Made by a program: the position numbers and the translations under genes. The notes under the pieces were generated by a model. That model was not told where the DNA came from. It searched no databases and saw only the letters and a list, made by a program, of their open reading frames with translations. Shown here in pieces: positions 25,876 through 38,400 of a stretch of 64,000 nucleotides of DNA (position 1 is the first letter of the stretch; every line of letters starts with the position of its first letter). The stretch is from positions 4,984,231 to 5,048,230 of the forward strand of contig NC_134033.1 in the NCBI RefSeq assembly GCF_964204645.1, written 5' to 3'. The DNA is from Tubulanus polymorphus. Lineage: Eukaryota > Animalia > Nemertea.

Positions 25876-28800
25876 CTGACACAAACATGTTTTCTGCTAG
25901 TACTCCTAAGAAATCCAGACTGAGTGTATCAGACCATACTCCAGGTACCTATCATGACCTACTTTTTACTATTTCTATGCATCTACAAATTGTCGTTTTA
26001 GGAGTAATATCCGCTGTATTGATTGATGTATCGATCGCTACTTTAAACGCATGTTTTCAATCTCCTCAGGTTTAACCGCCATTCTGAGTAATGAAACAAA
26101 CAGCGCCGTTGAAGAAAGTGTTTTTGAGGAAAGCGTCTTCAGTTCAGGTAGATTTTCTGAGGAATTTTCCAAAAATGATGTATATTAACATAACTGTGAT
26201 GCACTCATACCATAAAATGATTTGTTTTTCATGATTCTACTTGTAGCTTTACCCGGCAATCCGTGTGAATCGAAAGATATCCTAAATGAAAGTGTTTTTG
26301 AGGAAAGTGTCATTAGTGCAGGTAGATATTCTGATATTCCTAAGGATAATTCACATTTATTTTATATCAAGATACCTGTAAATGACTTTAGCGAAAATGT
26401 ACTTTTAGTTCTACCCGGCAACCTGAGTGAGGGGAAAAATGTCCTCGATGAAAGTGTTTTTGAAGAAAGCATAATCAGTACAGGTAGATATTCTGATATT
26501 CCCAGAAATTTCTGTTGCATCAAGATCCTGCACGTACTGTATGTAAACGACCTTTCCTGAAATATACTTTTAGTTTTACCCAGCAATCTGAGTGGAGGGA
26601 ACGAAGATAATAGTGTTTTTGAGGAAAGCGTCCTCAGTTTGGGTAATTATATTGAAGAATTTTTCCAAATAATGTTATTATGATTATGAACCCATGATGT
26701 AAAACAACTCTTTTCATGGATCTACTTGTAGTTTTACCCTCTCATCCGATTGAGGCGAATGATATCCTAGATGAAAGTGTTTTTGAGGAAAGCGCCGGAG
26801 TAGGTAGATATTGTGATATTCCCAAAATGATAATTTCTGTTACATCTAGATCGAACTTTGTGAAACGACATTTCCTAAAATATACTTGTAGTTTTACCCC
26901 ATGGTCAAATCGAAGAAAGTATTTTTGGAGAATTTTGCATCAGTTCAGGTATATATGTATTATGATTTTCACTCCCAAGACAATAATCTAAATATTAATT
27001 ACAGCAACTTATTCATAGAAAAGAACACTTCTACCAATTAACTTTTAGAGTCACCAAGCAATGCGTGTTGTGAAATGGACAGCAGTGAAGATATAGAATT
27101 TGAAGAACATGCGACCAGTTCAGGTAAAATATATTTTTTTTCAAGGATTTTTCTGGTTTTCCAACCAACGACAAAGTGAGAACATCAATATGGTATTAAA
27201 CAGAATATTAAAAATCTTATCTAATAATGATGAAATATGAAAGCAAAAGTGTGCAATTATCAATTTTGTTTCATTTGTATTTACCGAATATTGATATCAC
27301 ATTACATTCAGTTGTCTTTTGCGATTTAGTATGTCGAATTCACTTTTAACAGATAGTCAACAACAACCCCTGGAGAGCTCGCTTATCCTTCCTCATTCAA
27401 AGTCACGCATAGCCGAATCTAGCAGTAAGTATAATAGGGGCGAAAATAAGCAATTTCAATTTAGGAATTTATGCAGTTTACATAGTTGGGTTTCAATAGT
27501 TTTAAAGTATTTTCCACTAACCCGATGAAGCATTTCTCTTTATAATTGCAACGGATTTTCTGATGAAGCCCATAGAAATATAACAGAACCAAACGGGTAG
27601 TCTAATATTTCACCGTCGCCAATGGGGGCGCCACTGCCATAAACGTCGAGAAATTTACACTCGAGGTTCTGTTAAAAGGGACAGTGTGCCTGTATTAAAC
27701 TTTCAAATAACCCATTCCTTCTGTTGATGTTACAGCAGTAGCCTACATGACAATCCCCAATATTCACTGATAGCCTTTACAGTGTATAAGTATGCCATTT
27801 CAGAAACGATCAATAATTATAAGAGATAATACAGTCAATTAAAGGCGATAAGCTACGCTTTCATATTGTCAACGCGGAGTCCAGTAAATCCGTTGACGAC
27901 AGAAATTGCGGCTATTGACGGTCAGATATCAAACGGAACTAGAAGCATATCCAATTCTTTTATGACGTTTTTCTATTCGTTTCTAAGAAGAATGTTCTCA
28001 CGAATTTCATTTTCTCTAATATTGAAATGGAAGTTGAAAACCAAAAACACAATTCCATAATCTCTATTCATGCATCAATCTCTTTTCAGGATATCCCAAA
28101 GAAAGTCTTTTTAACAAAAAAACATCATCGACAACGCTATTGAAATCTCTTCATGTGATCTGTAAAAAACATTGTACCGATTTTCTGCACATGGCTGATA
28201 TAAAGAACCTGCGGGAATCCTATTGGTGTCGCAATATTTCGGATCGTCATCAATTTATCGTGGACACTCTGCAAACATGTACGCAGAATACATCACGCAT
28301 TAACCTTACTGTCATGGGTAGATCTGTTTGCCAAGGCTGCTTGTTAAATGTCTATGGCATCAGTAAATCGACGCTTTACAAAATCAAGTCGAAACAGGAT
28401 AAGTCAGAATGCCCGGAGAATATATCCATCAGAAAATCTAGCCCTGAATTCGTTGAGGCAACTTCTTGGCTCTCAAATTATTTGGAAAATACAGTACAAT
28501 CTGCTCCCGATAAGACTGAAAAATGGCTTCCACAGATATTCCGAAAAAATTGACCTCTACCGGGAGTACAAAACAGAAAAAAACGACAACAATGATAGAT
28601 ATGTCAGTCAGTCTACATTTTATCGGATCTGGTCAGAGTTGTTCTCATTTGTCAAAATCAAGAAGGTAACTTATTGCTTCACTTTGCCTACATATTTCAA
28701 AAATAAATTGACATTTTCTAATATGAATGATGCTTGAATGTTTATAGGGTAGTACATTCTCGAAATGTGACGATTGTGTGAGAATCCAACAATTACTTCA

Positions 28801-30779
28801 ATCAACGCAGAACCCGATATCCCGCAAGGAAATAATGGCAGAAAAACAACGCCACATTTCTACAGTAATGTAAGTACGTGTAAATGCATCGTATCTAATA
28901 AGCAGGCTGTTCGAATTGCCATACCGCACTTGGAATGTTGTTCCAATCTCAGTGTTTGATAATTTAAAAAAACCATCATGTATTTCTCTGCTTCAGGACT
29001 GAGAGACTCGCCTATTATGCACGCGTTCGTAGAGCGCAGACGAATCCGAACCGTTACGTTAGTTTAATAGTCGATGGTATGGACCAAACGAAGTAATTTC
29101 TTCCACATTTTGCCGGAGAAAAAGGAAAGGTGAGCAACTCGTCTAGCCACCTTATTGTCATTTAACTTACGATTTATCGCAAATTTCCCATAAATCTAAT
29201 CCAGTTGTATTACCCGGTACACAAACCATTCTATAGAACTCCCCAGTAATTAACCTCCAATGGCGTACAATGATAATGACATGTTTGATAATAAACAAAA
29301 ACCCACTGTAAAACATATTTAATATGCATTATTTATCATAGCCTTTTTGCACTATATTTTCTAATTACCGGTATTTCTCTTTTCAGTTCATGACAGCTAC
29401 TAGTTTACTAAAAACACACATAACTGGTGTGATAAGTCATGGTCATAAACTATCTCAGTCGTATGTCGATTATCATCTTTATCCACACGACAGCAACATG
29501 ACGATGAATGTTATTCTCAAGACATTATGGCGTATATCTAAGGTAAGACGAATATAAACAATTTAATACCGGTACACATTTCTATGTCAGCAAATGTGAA
29601 AAGAAATGTTAAATTCATTTATTTAATGTTAAATTCATTTATTTACTTTTTGAGAATGGTCAACTGCCATCGCATTTGTATTTGCAAGCCGACAACTGTG
29701 GCCGCGAAAATAAGAACAAATACGTTTTAGCCCTCTTGCAAATTCTAGTAGAGAAGAAAATATTTAACGAGGTGAGGAATCTGCTAGTTGCAGGCTACTA
29801 ATAAATGGAGGCTTTCAATTAAGAAGCAACGCAAATACTCACTTATGTGTACCTCTGTTCGGTAGAGATTACATATATCGACAAACTTGTACCTAACTAC
29901 ATGTATTGGCAAGTTATGCAGTTTCTACTGCAATAGATATCATGTCTCATATATATTTCCACGTGGTATATCTTTTGAACTTATAACTTGAATTCAGAAC
30001 CATACATCGCACCCGTATTATTGTATGGGTTATGAGATCGAAAATTCTAAAGACGAACTATTTCAATCATTTCAGATTCAGTTGAGTTTTCTCTTCGTTG
30101 GTCATACGCACGAAGACATCGACCAGCTGTTTAGCGTGTATGCCGGATAGGTTGAGAAGAGAAGATGCATTCGATATGGCCGGCCTGCTCAAACTGTGCG
30201 ATGGTATCGAGTTGGGAGGGTTGTTGGATATTCGATCTTGGCTTGCTCCACATATCGTCAACATGAAGAACCATTCGAAACCAAGGATATTTCTATTTCG
30301 AAGGGACAGCCAAGATCAATCCCAAATTAACATGTACTATAGGAGTTCATCAACTCAGGAATGGCACTGCATGGAAGGCGGAGTATTGACAAGTATACCA
30401 ACTGGTACTCCTTCAGTGCTCGATTTAAATTATTCAAACATCGAAATCAAGGATATGAAAAAGAATATGGAGAAATGGAAAAGCTTTTTACCACAGGAGA
30501 AACAAGACTGGTGGAATGATTTCCTCGATACCATTGAAACTAAGACAGTCAAGCTAGCAGAATCTGCTGCATGGTACCTTCCATATTTGAAGGCACAGGA
30601 AGGCATTGAACAGGATATCAATGAAAAACACGTTGAGTTACCGAATCCTTCAGTAAGTACATGTATATTGCGGTGATTCATACTGATAGATATCTATCTA
30701 TTTGGAAGTCAGCCTTTACGCTAGATCGATCTATTCATTCATACATGCACACATTCTCTTTCAGATCGTCGTTTCGTGA
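25876..30779 (+). pseudogene. Intron-rich Sola-like (DUF7869-type) DDD transposase, inactivated
   Basis: Spliced exons give WLPQIF..DLYREY...VSQSTFYRIWSELFSFVKIKK / GSTFSKCDDC / YVSLIVDGMDQTK*FLPHF / THITGVISHG...YPHDSNMTMNVI / LYLQADNCGRENKNKY / LSFLFVGHTHEDIDQLFS. Lesions: frameshift ~28545-28550, TAA at 29094-29096, frameshift ~30145. Confidence 0.82.
26070..27123 (+). repeat. Tandemly duplicated exon+intron units (~160-170 bp) in the transposase N-terminal region
   Basis: Exons 26070-26147, 26247-26321, 26409-26483, 26574-26642, 26732-26803, 26892-26948 and 27049-27123; most encode variants of LP.N...ESVFEES..S.G. Confidence 0.8.
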
Positions 30780-32479
30780 TTTTGAACCTGAATTCGGGAC
30801 ATTTGATTAGTATGCAGCAAAATATATATCTGACAGGTTAGTATTGATGGACCACTTTTAATTCAATAATTCACCAGTTTTAGTTCACTTCACTTAGCTC
30901 TAGTTTGGTGATGCCCTAATTTGAAAAAATGACATTTCTACCGAACTATTCAATTGCAGAATCAATGTAAAATGCGTGGGGCTTGTATGCCCATTCATTT
31001 GTTGTAATAATCTGTCCATAGCCTTCTTCAATACATCTCGTTTTCATAACGTCATTCAAAAAGAAATGTACTGAATAAGGCTTATTAAATATTAAAATAA
31101 ACACTTCCTTAGATAAATTAGCACATCTGCACATACTGCACTTTTTCTGCATTCTGCTTCCTAGTGGTTTTTTAACTCGATAGACTGAGTGATATACAAT
31201 AGTACTGAATTCCAGTTGACTATGAAAAAACTGTGATATACTGTGTGGGTATAGTGTAGACTGAGCGTAATGTGTAGACTCGACATCGGCCCAAATATGC
31301 ATATTTCAAGTCTCGCATTTCAAAATCACTCTATCGTCAAAGTATGAATATTTCTTGTATTTGTAAAGTGGTCTATAAACTGCATTTTATCTTAAGGCCG
31401 AATCTAATGTTTCCTTAATCGATAGTTTGAAAATACGTCTTTAATGCATTTGAATTTTCAATAGCATTATTAAAATTTGTTACTTATGATTATAGGTAAT
31501 TGTTAGGATCATTCATTATAATATCTGAATCGTTTGAACTTCAATGCGAATTCAGTTAGCGCATTATCTTTTTTTTTTTACTTTCAGGGACACTATCGAG
31601 TGCGCTGGAGAAGATTAATTACTAGTGAAATGCCGATCCCCTAGCTTAAGGGCTAGAACAGTCGCCTATCAACTTATTTCACGCTGTCCCCTCTCTGGGC
31701 CAACTGCACCGCTGATTGCCAGGGAATGAGATGTCCCAGTGACCACGTTTGGTTCCGCGATGGAACCATGTTAAACAAAGTGTAAATTAGGAGTGTCCTG
31801 TTCTACAGCAATTGCTGACCGAAAATACAATGATTGTCACTGGAGACTGCACTCCAACACAGTTAAAGTGTGAGTTTTACCCTATCGAGAGATAAGCATA
31901 ATGGAGGGCAGGATAATGCCCCGGAATGACATAAAGGCAGCGCCTGTTGGAATGATTTCAATGTATTTATTAATTTTTGCATTTTTAAATAGGTTCTAAA
32001 AGTTTTGGTTTTACGTAGCTTAACGGAACAGCATTATGTTTACATAGTCAATGATATCCAGGATCAGCCTAATCATTCTATGTATAAGTCCAATCTGTCC
32101 GTGATATTATTTTTTGATGTTCATCCTTATGGATTTTGAATTATAGATTGCATAATTATTCGTGATTACAGCATCGTGAATGTACGAGTATAGTAATGTC
32201 GTGTAGAATGTTTGTACACTACTTCAGCGGGAATATCTGCTGTTTTTAGAGTAAATCAAAAACCCTCCAAATGAGTAAATTTTTGTATCATCGAATATTC
32301 AATTATAAGTTTTAGTATCCTTTAGGCTTTATCATATATTGTACATATAATGTAATTGGAAACACTATGGTGGCTTTGTCAACTGATTTTGATCCGCATT
32401 TAGATTAAGCAAAACACTCAAGACTAACGATTCCTTAAATGGAGGTTTCTTAGTACGAAATTATGTGAAGCAAACACTA

Positions 32480-33374
32480 AAATGAGACTCAAGACTCGAA
32501 TCTAACGACGAATGAGTCCTAGGACGCAATTTAGCAAAGCAGATACTAAAATTAGTCTTAAGACTCGAATCTAACGATTCAAACCAGTGAAAGTTTTAGA
32601 ATGAGTCCTAGGACGCAATTTAGTAAAATGAGTCTCAAGACTCGCATCTAACGACGAATGAGTCCTAGGACGCAATTTAGCAAAGCAGATACTAAAATGA
32701 GTCTTAAGACTCGAATCTAACGATTCAAATCCGTGAAAGTTTTAGAATGAGTCCTAGGACGCAATTTAGTAAAATGAGTCTCAAGACTCGCATCTAACGA
32801 TGAATGAGTCCTAGGACGCAATTTAGAAAATCAGATACTAAAATGAGTCTCAAGACTCGAATCAAACTATGAATGAGTCTAAGGATGCAATTTAAGAAAA
32901 GTAGTTACTAATATGAGTCTTAAGACTCGAATCTAACGATTCCGCGGGTGGGCCTTTTGTAATGAGTCCTAGGACGCAATTTTGAAAACCTGATGCTAAA
33001 ATGAGTCTCAAGACTCAAATCTAATTTCTTATCATATCAATATTGCAATTCTTAAAATGCATGTTTTAAGACCCGGTACAAATAATACCTCAAACTAATT
33101 TTTGAAAATGCGTCCTGAGACTCAATTTCTTGTATTAACTACAAATACTTGAATCATGTAACCCCATTGATTGAGTCTCAGGACTCAAAGCTCTTGATTT
33201 TGTATGTAAGATTCTGTTTTATGTGAACTAATAAATGTCATTTTTACTCTATAGTCGACGCGATTCAGTTGGTTTTGGGTATGGAGAAGTGTATTCTGTG
33301 TTTATATTCATATTGCAGGAATTAGGACTAAAAAGGGAACTAATAAGAAATTCCCTTTTTATTTGGGAAGGCCT
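32480..33374 (-). repeat. Right terminal inverted repeat with the same palindrome array
   Basis: Boxes GAGTCCTAGGACGC / GAGTCT(C/T)AAGACTC repeated about 17 times; 33000-33374 mirrors 4430-4800. Confidence 0.92.
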
Positions 33375-35474
33375 TTAAACCAGAGACCCAGGTACCACAG
33401 GAATAGGGCCCGTCAGGGTGGGGTGGCGTCGGGTGCTGTCTGAACCTTTAACATGTTTTACATAAGTAAATGTCTTTTGTATTTTATAAGAAGTAGAGTT
33501 CAACTGTTCAACTCTTCATCTTATTCAAATCACACTTAACTCACAAACTGTCAACCATTTTCAATCCAGTTCAATTGTAAATAAATGCAAGTTTTACTTT
33601 TAAAAAGTTCCACTTGAAATTAATTACAACTGCATTTTATATCAACAGCTGAAAATATGTTTCATTTCAAAAGATCTATCAACTAACTATTCTAACCAAA
33701 CCTATATATTCGGCCTACCTATTCAGGCTAAGGTTTGGGGGTAGGGAGGGGGCAATGAAATAGAGACGTGTTATACAGGTCATACCGGAATTCTTCAGTC
33801 GCTCTGTCATCGTCATTCAACTTTAGGGTCAATGTTCTGTGACTAGGGGGTCTTGTTCATCTCACTTAAGTAGAACATACAGGCTGCACCTGAATCGGGC
33901 CACTCTGTTGTGTGCTGGGGGTGAAGACACGTGCTCTGTGGCCTAGTCTTCTGAAGTCTTGTCTCACCGATGACCCTGAAATTTTCATGTTTATTTTAAG
34001 TAAAATATTTACATAATAGGCGTTGTCTTATAAAACAATAAATTTGAAAAAAACGGAAATTGTGAAAGAAAGAATAAAACCTGAAAATAGAGAGAAACCC
34101 TGGAAAAAAGAAGCATGAAATACAGGATCCTGAAATAAAGATATTAGGCATAAGTAATAAACAAACTGCTTTTTCTATCTGTAGACCCAGAGACCCACAG
34201 GACCGTGACGCAAATAGCACCCTATTTACTAGCGCATTTGATTTAAGATTGTATTAATATTCATGCACTCCTATAACTTACTAACACACCGAGTAAGTTC
34301 CTAATCACTAACTAAACCTATAAAACATAATTTCAGCTGTTAACTTTTTTCTAACTTACAGTTTATCCAATCCTGTGCGTGTTATTTATGAATCCAATGA
34401 TAATCATTGAGTCAATTTGATTCCTTGTGTTTTTGACAACAGTTCAGTTTTTGAGCCAAGTTCATATCAATTCTGAATTAGTTTTAGCACAATTCCATTT
34501 CTAATTAATCCTAAACAAGACGACAATGCAAATTCCATAGATTTCTGAGCAACAGCTCAGTTTTTGAGGACAGTTTTTTTCAAATCTTTATTTTGTTTCA
34601 GCGCGATTCCATTCAGAATACACCCTTATATGTTCACAAGAGGTGTCTGCTTTTTTACGGGAGACAGTTTGAGCATCTCTGTCCAGACTGGTAAACCATA
34701 CACCATCGCGATAACCTCTAGGTGTGAACATATACAAGACACCCAGTTGTAATAATCTGCGCGAACGACGAATTGTCGAACACAATAAAGTTTCATATTT
34801 CATATTATCTAACTATTTGGGTCACTGGTCATAATCCATATTCGCTCTATAAACTGCGCGGCTCGACAAAAATCAATGCATTCTTAACTGCATGAAGTAT
34901 GTATCCATATAGTATAAACCAGATCCTAGAAATATCTAATAGCAGTTGATTTAAAATATGAAAAATTAATAATCTAATTCGATGATGCCGCTAACACCAG
35001 TTCGTACTCACAAAACATTCTCATCTGTGATCGGACCCATAATTAGTCATACTCTAACAAGTCCATACCCGCCACAACACGAAGTGTTTAATAGAGACGC
35101 AGAACATTTTGAGATAGATAGATTATGTCCTCGAATATTATTAAAAAAAAACTCAACGCAGTTCGGGAGCGACAGTAAATACTTCTTTAACGAAATAATT
35201 GCACATGATTGTAAACAAGATATTTTGAAACACGTCTAAATTTAGAAACCGCGGTTATTACAGCGAAACCGAGAACAGTTGAAAGTAACAGAAATACGAG
35301 ACTGGTGCCAGTTTGATGGGAGATTTTTTTACAAAATAATTGGACTCGATCAATTCGTCAACAGCTGCCATTTGCAAATTCGTCATAACTTTGCAGCTAC
35401 TCTCTTGAAAAATGTGGCGCAAATTTGGAAATAGTTAGAAATGTATTTGTTTTGAAGCGTGAATTGTGTTCAAT

Positions 35475-38400
35475 ATGCAGCAAATGAAAGCGTTGTTCGT
35501 AGTTTTACTGATCGCTTGCGGAGACTGTATATTAACGCGGGCTGATCGCGCAAACTCTGTCGAGGAAGCCGCGTCTGTTACAGTCAGTTCATCTTGTAAC
35601 AACACTCAATACTCCGTCGATTCTAGGTCTGGTTACATCGTTACACCGAACTATCCGTCGTTAGTGCGCGGTGTTGAATGTCGTTGGTTCGTCAACAGCT
35701 CTATACCGGGAAGTTTTCTCGTTCAAGTTTACTACGACATCGAACCGTCGATATTCTGTAACGAAAACTACCTTCTCGTCGGTGAGTCCGACAACAAACT
35801 CTGCGCTACCGGAAGAAAACAACTTTATATCCTCAGTAACGGGTTGATTTCGTTGTTGTTTAGGAGTAACGTCGATGGAGTGCGAGGTAGTCGGGTTTAT
35901 ATCATATATCGTTTCGAAGAACAGAGTCGCTTGAAATTGATACAACATGAATGCAACAAATATTCAGTAAAAGAATTACCAACTCAAACAGGTTATGAAT
36001 TCGTGATCTCTACCCGGCGATGTAAATTGTTGTTAGAATGGATCGGGATGCCAGACGGGTTCGCAATGAATTTAACGTTTATACAGATAGATTTCAGATT
36101 ATATCCCGGTGAGAATCCAATGAAAACTCGTCCTCAAATTTACGACGGATGGAACAGCTCCAGTGAACCTATAGCTCTTATACGAGAACAAACCGGACAT
36201 CCACCTTCATCGTTTTATACTAAAACTAATAAAGCCCGCATTGAATTTGAAAATAGGAATTTGTTTCAGTCGCAGTTTCTCGTGCAAGTTTACAAAATAT
36301 CAGATTGGAACGTCTCTAACCCGTTAATTCAAGACTATAATAAATCAGGACTGCTCACAACAATTGATGGAATACCACATATAGTAACTCAGTCTAAACA
36401 CTTATACTGCTGGTCTATCACAGTCGATGTTCTGCAGTACATCGTCTTCAACTGGACACGTGATCTCGTCTCGTCACCAGGTGTCGTTGGTGTATATAAA
36501 CAGGAAGGGTTACGGATTGTGAGAACTGATATTTTACTCAGTTTTAACCATCTTAAATCACTGAGTGTAAAATCAGATGGATTTCTCGTGTTTCTGTGCG
36601 TTCTAACGAGATCGGAATTTTTAAGATCGTATTTGAAAATAGAATTTGAAGTGAAAACAATGACAATATCAGACGTCTACGTCAACAAGCCCAGGATATC
36701 GGTAAGTTGATTACAGTGATTTGTAAATTAGCTTTGTATGTTATGATGATGATAATAATGATAAGTATAACGATAGCGATAGCGGAAGCGGCAACACTCT
36801 ACAATAGATAATATGTTCATTCTGTATTCGTTAAGTGAACTTCTAAAATTGCAGAAAAAAGCTCTATCGTGCATTTAGAGACTTTGTCAAAGCTTTTGAT
36901 TTGGTGTGGCGAGCAGGGTTGTGGCAAAAGCTTTTGAATAATGGTATAAACGGAAAAGTATTTAATCTCATACGTAATGTGTATAGTAACGTTATATACT
37001 GTAATGAATGGAAGCTCGAAGTAATTATAAGAAAAACAAAAGTACTAATTTTTGGCACAAGAGCTCAAAGGAATCATGTCAGATTTACTATGGGTAATCA
37101 AAACATCGAAATTGTTAGTACATACAAGTATCCTGGTATCCCCTGCAACAAAACAGAAGTTTCCTAGCAACAAAGAAATATCTAATTAGTCAAGCAAAAA
37201 GAGCTCTCCATGTTTTGTACACGCGTATACATACTCTAAACCTATCACTGGACTACCAGCTTAAACTTTTCGATCCGACTATCGTTCCTATTCTAACATA
37301 TGGCTGTGAGGTCTGGAGGTTCTCCAACCTACAGTGCATAGAAAATGTCCATATTTCCTTTCTGAGGCGCATATTACATCTCAGAAATAGTACTCCATCA
37401 ATGTTGTCTCGATTGTTGCGATCACGATTTAAGTGAGAATTTTAACTTTTTGGGCATAAACAGTCTCATCGCCTTTCGGTAAATTGTCGCATATTTTATG
37501 TAGGTCTGTGATGAAATTATCCCGAGGAATCGGGATGCTCCAAATATTAAATCGTTCCAAAATATAAAAAAATATCCTATACCCCGTCGGACTAAATAAA
37601 ATATGGGACTCACAATCATTCCCAAATGTTAATTGGCTCAAAGGAACATCTAAACAACGGTTTCTAGATCAATATAAGCAATCATGGACTAGCTCCATAC
37701 GCAATTCTACCAAAGGTTCTCACTACATGTTATTCAAAACCGATCTACTCCTGGAAAACCGTCTCTGATCTTTCGGATAACCTCATAATTGATTTAACTG
37801 TATTCCGTACTACAAATCATAATCATTCTAGATACGATTCGTGCCATTCTATCTTAAGACCTGTTACAAATCATAATTTTGCGAGCGGAAATTATGTTGA
37901 TACACACGAGATTTTCAGATAATCGCATTATATTATTATCGTCATCGTTATACATTTTCAGGTAGTGAAGGAGGTGAAATCATTAAGCCGCGTGTTCCCG
38001 AGTTCAAAGAATACATTGTATCGTGTTACTACATTACAACTAAAGTGGAAAGTGAACATCTATGAAAAACAGTTGAAACTAACAGTGCTATCAGAAAACT
38101 GTGATCGAGCTGGTTTTTATATATTTGATGGTAGTAATCTCACAGCTAGACGCTATGGTCCGTATTGTCCTGGTTCATACTACGGTCGATCTGTCGTCAG
38201 CCTGATTACATCAGGTGGACCGGTTACTGTAGTAGCATACGCTTTTTACTATGACAATCAGTTAACAGTTAATCGTCCTGACCAGTCGTATCTTATGTAC
38301 GCCCCTATCGATTGTGATGGTTATGTTCTACAGGAAGGAGAACGTCAGATCAATATGACGTCACACTGTCTCGTGATTACACCTGAAAATCGACGCCTTC

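Larger units (their letters stand above)
4430..33374. mobile_element. Giant (~29 kb) TIR DNA transposon carrying a Sola-like DDD transposase and a ParB-like cargo gene
   Basis: Left end AGGCCTTCCCAAATAAAAAGGGAATTTC... is the reverse complement of the right end ...GAAATTCCCTTTTTATTTGGGAAGGCCT. The match continues ~370 bp in unique sequence and then through repeat arrays. Flanks are TGAA (4426-4429) and TTAA (33375-33378). Transposase exons lie inside, near the right end. Confidence 0.85.

Noticed and set aside
33380-34197. CCAGAGACCCA direct repeat at 33380 and ~34187 as the TSD of an insertion
   Set aside because: No TIR, tail or coding remnant between them to define an element.
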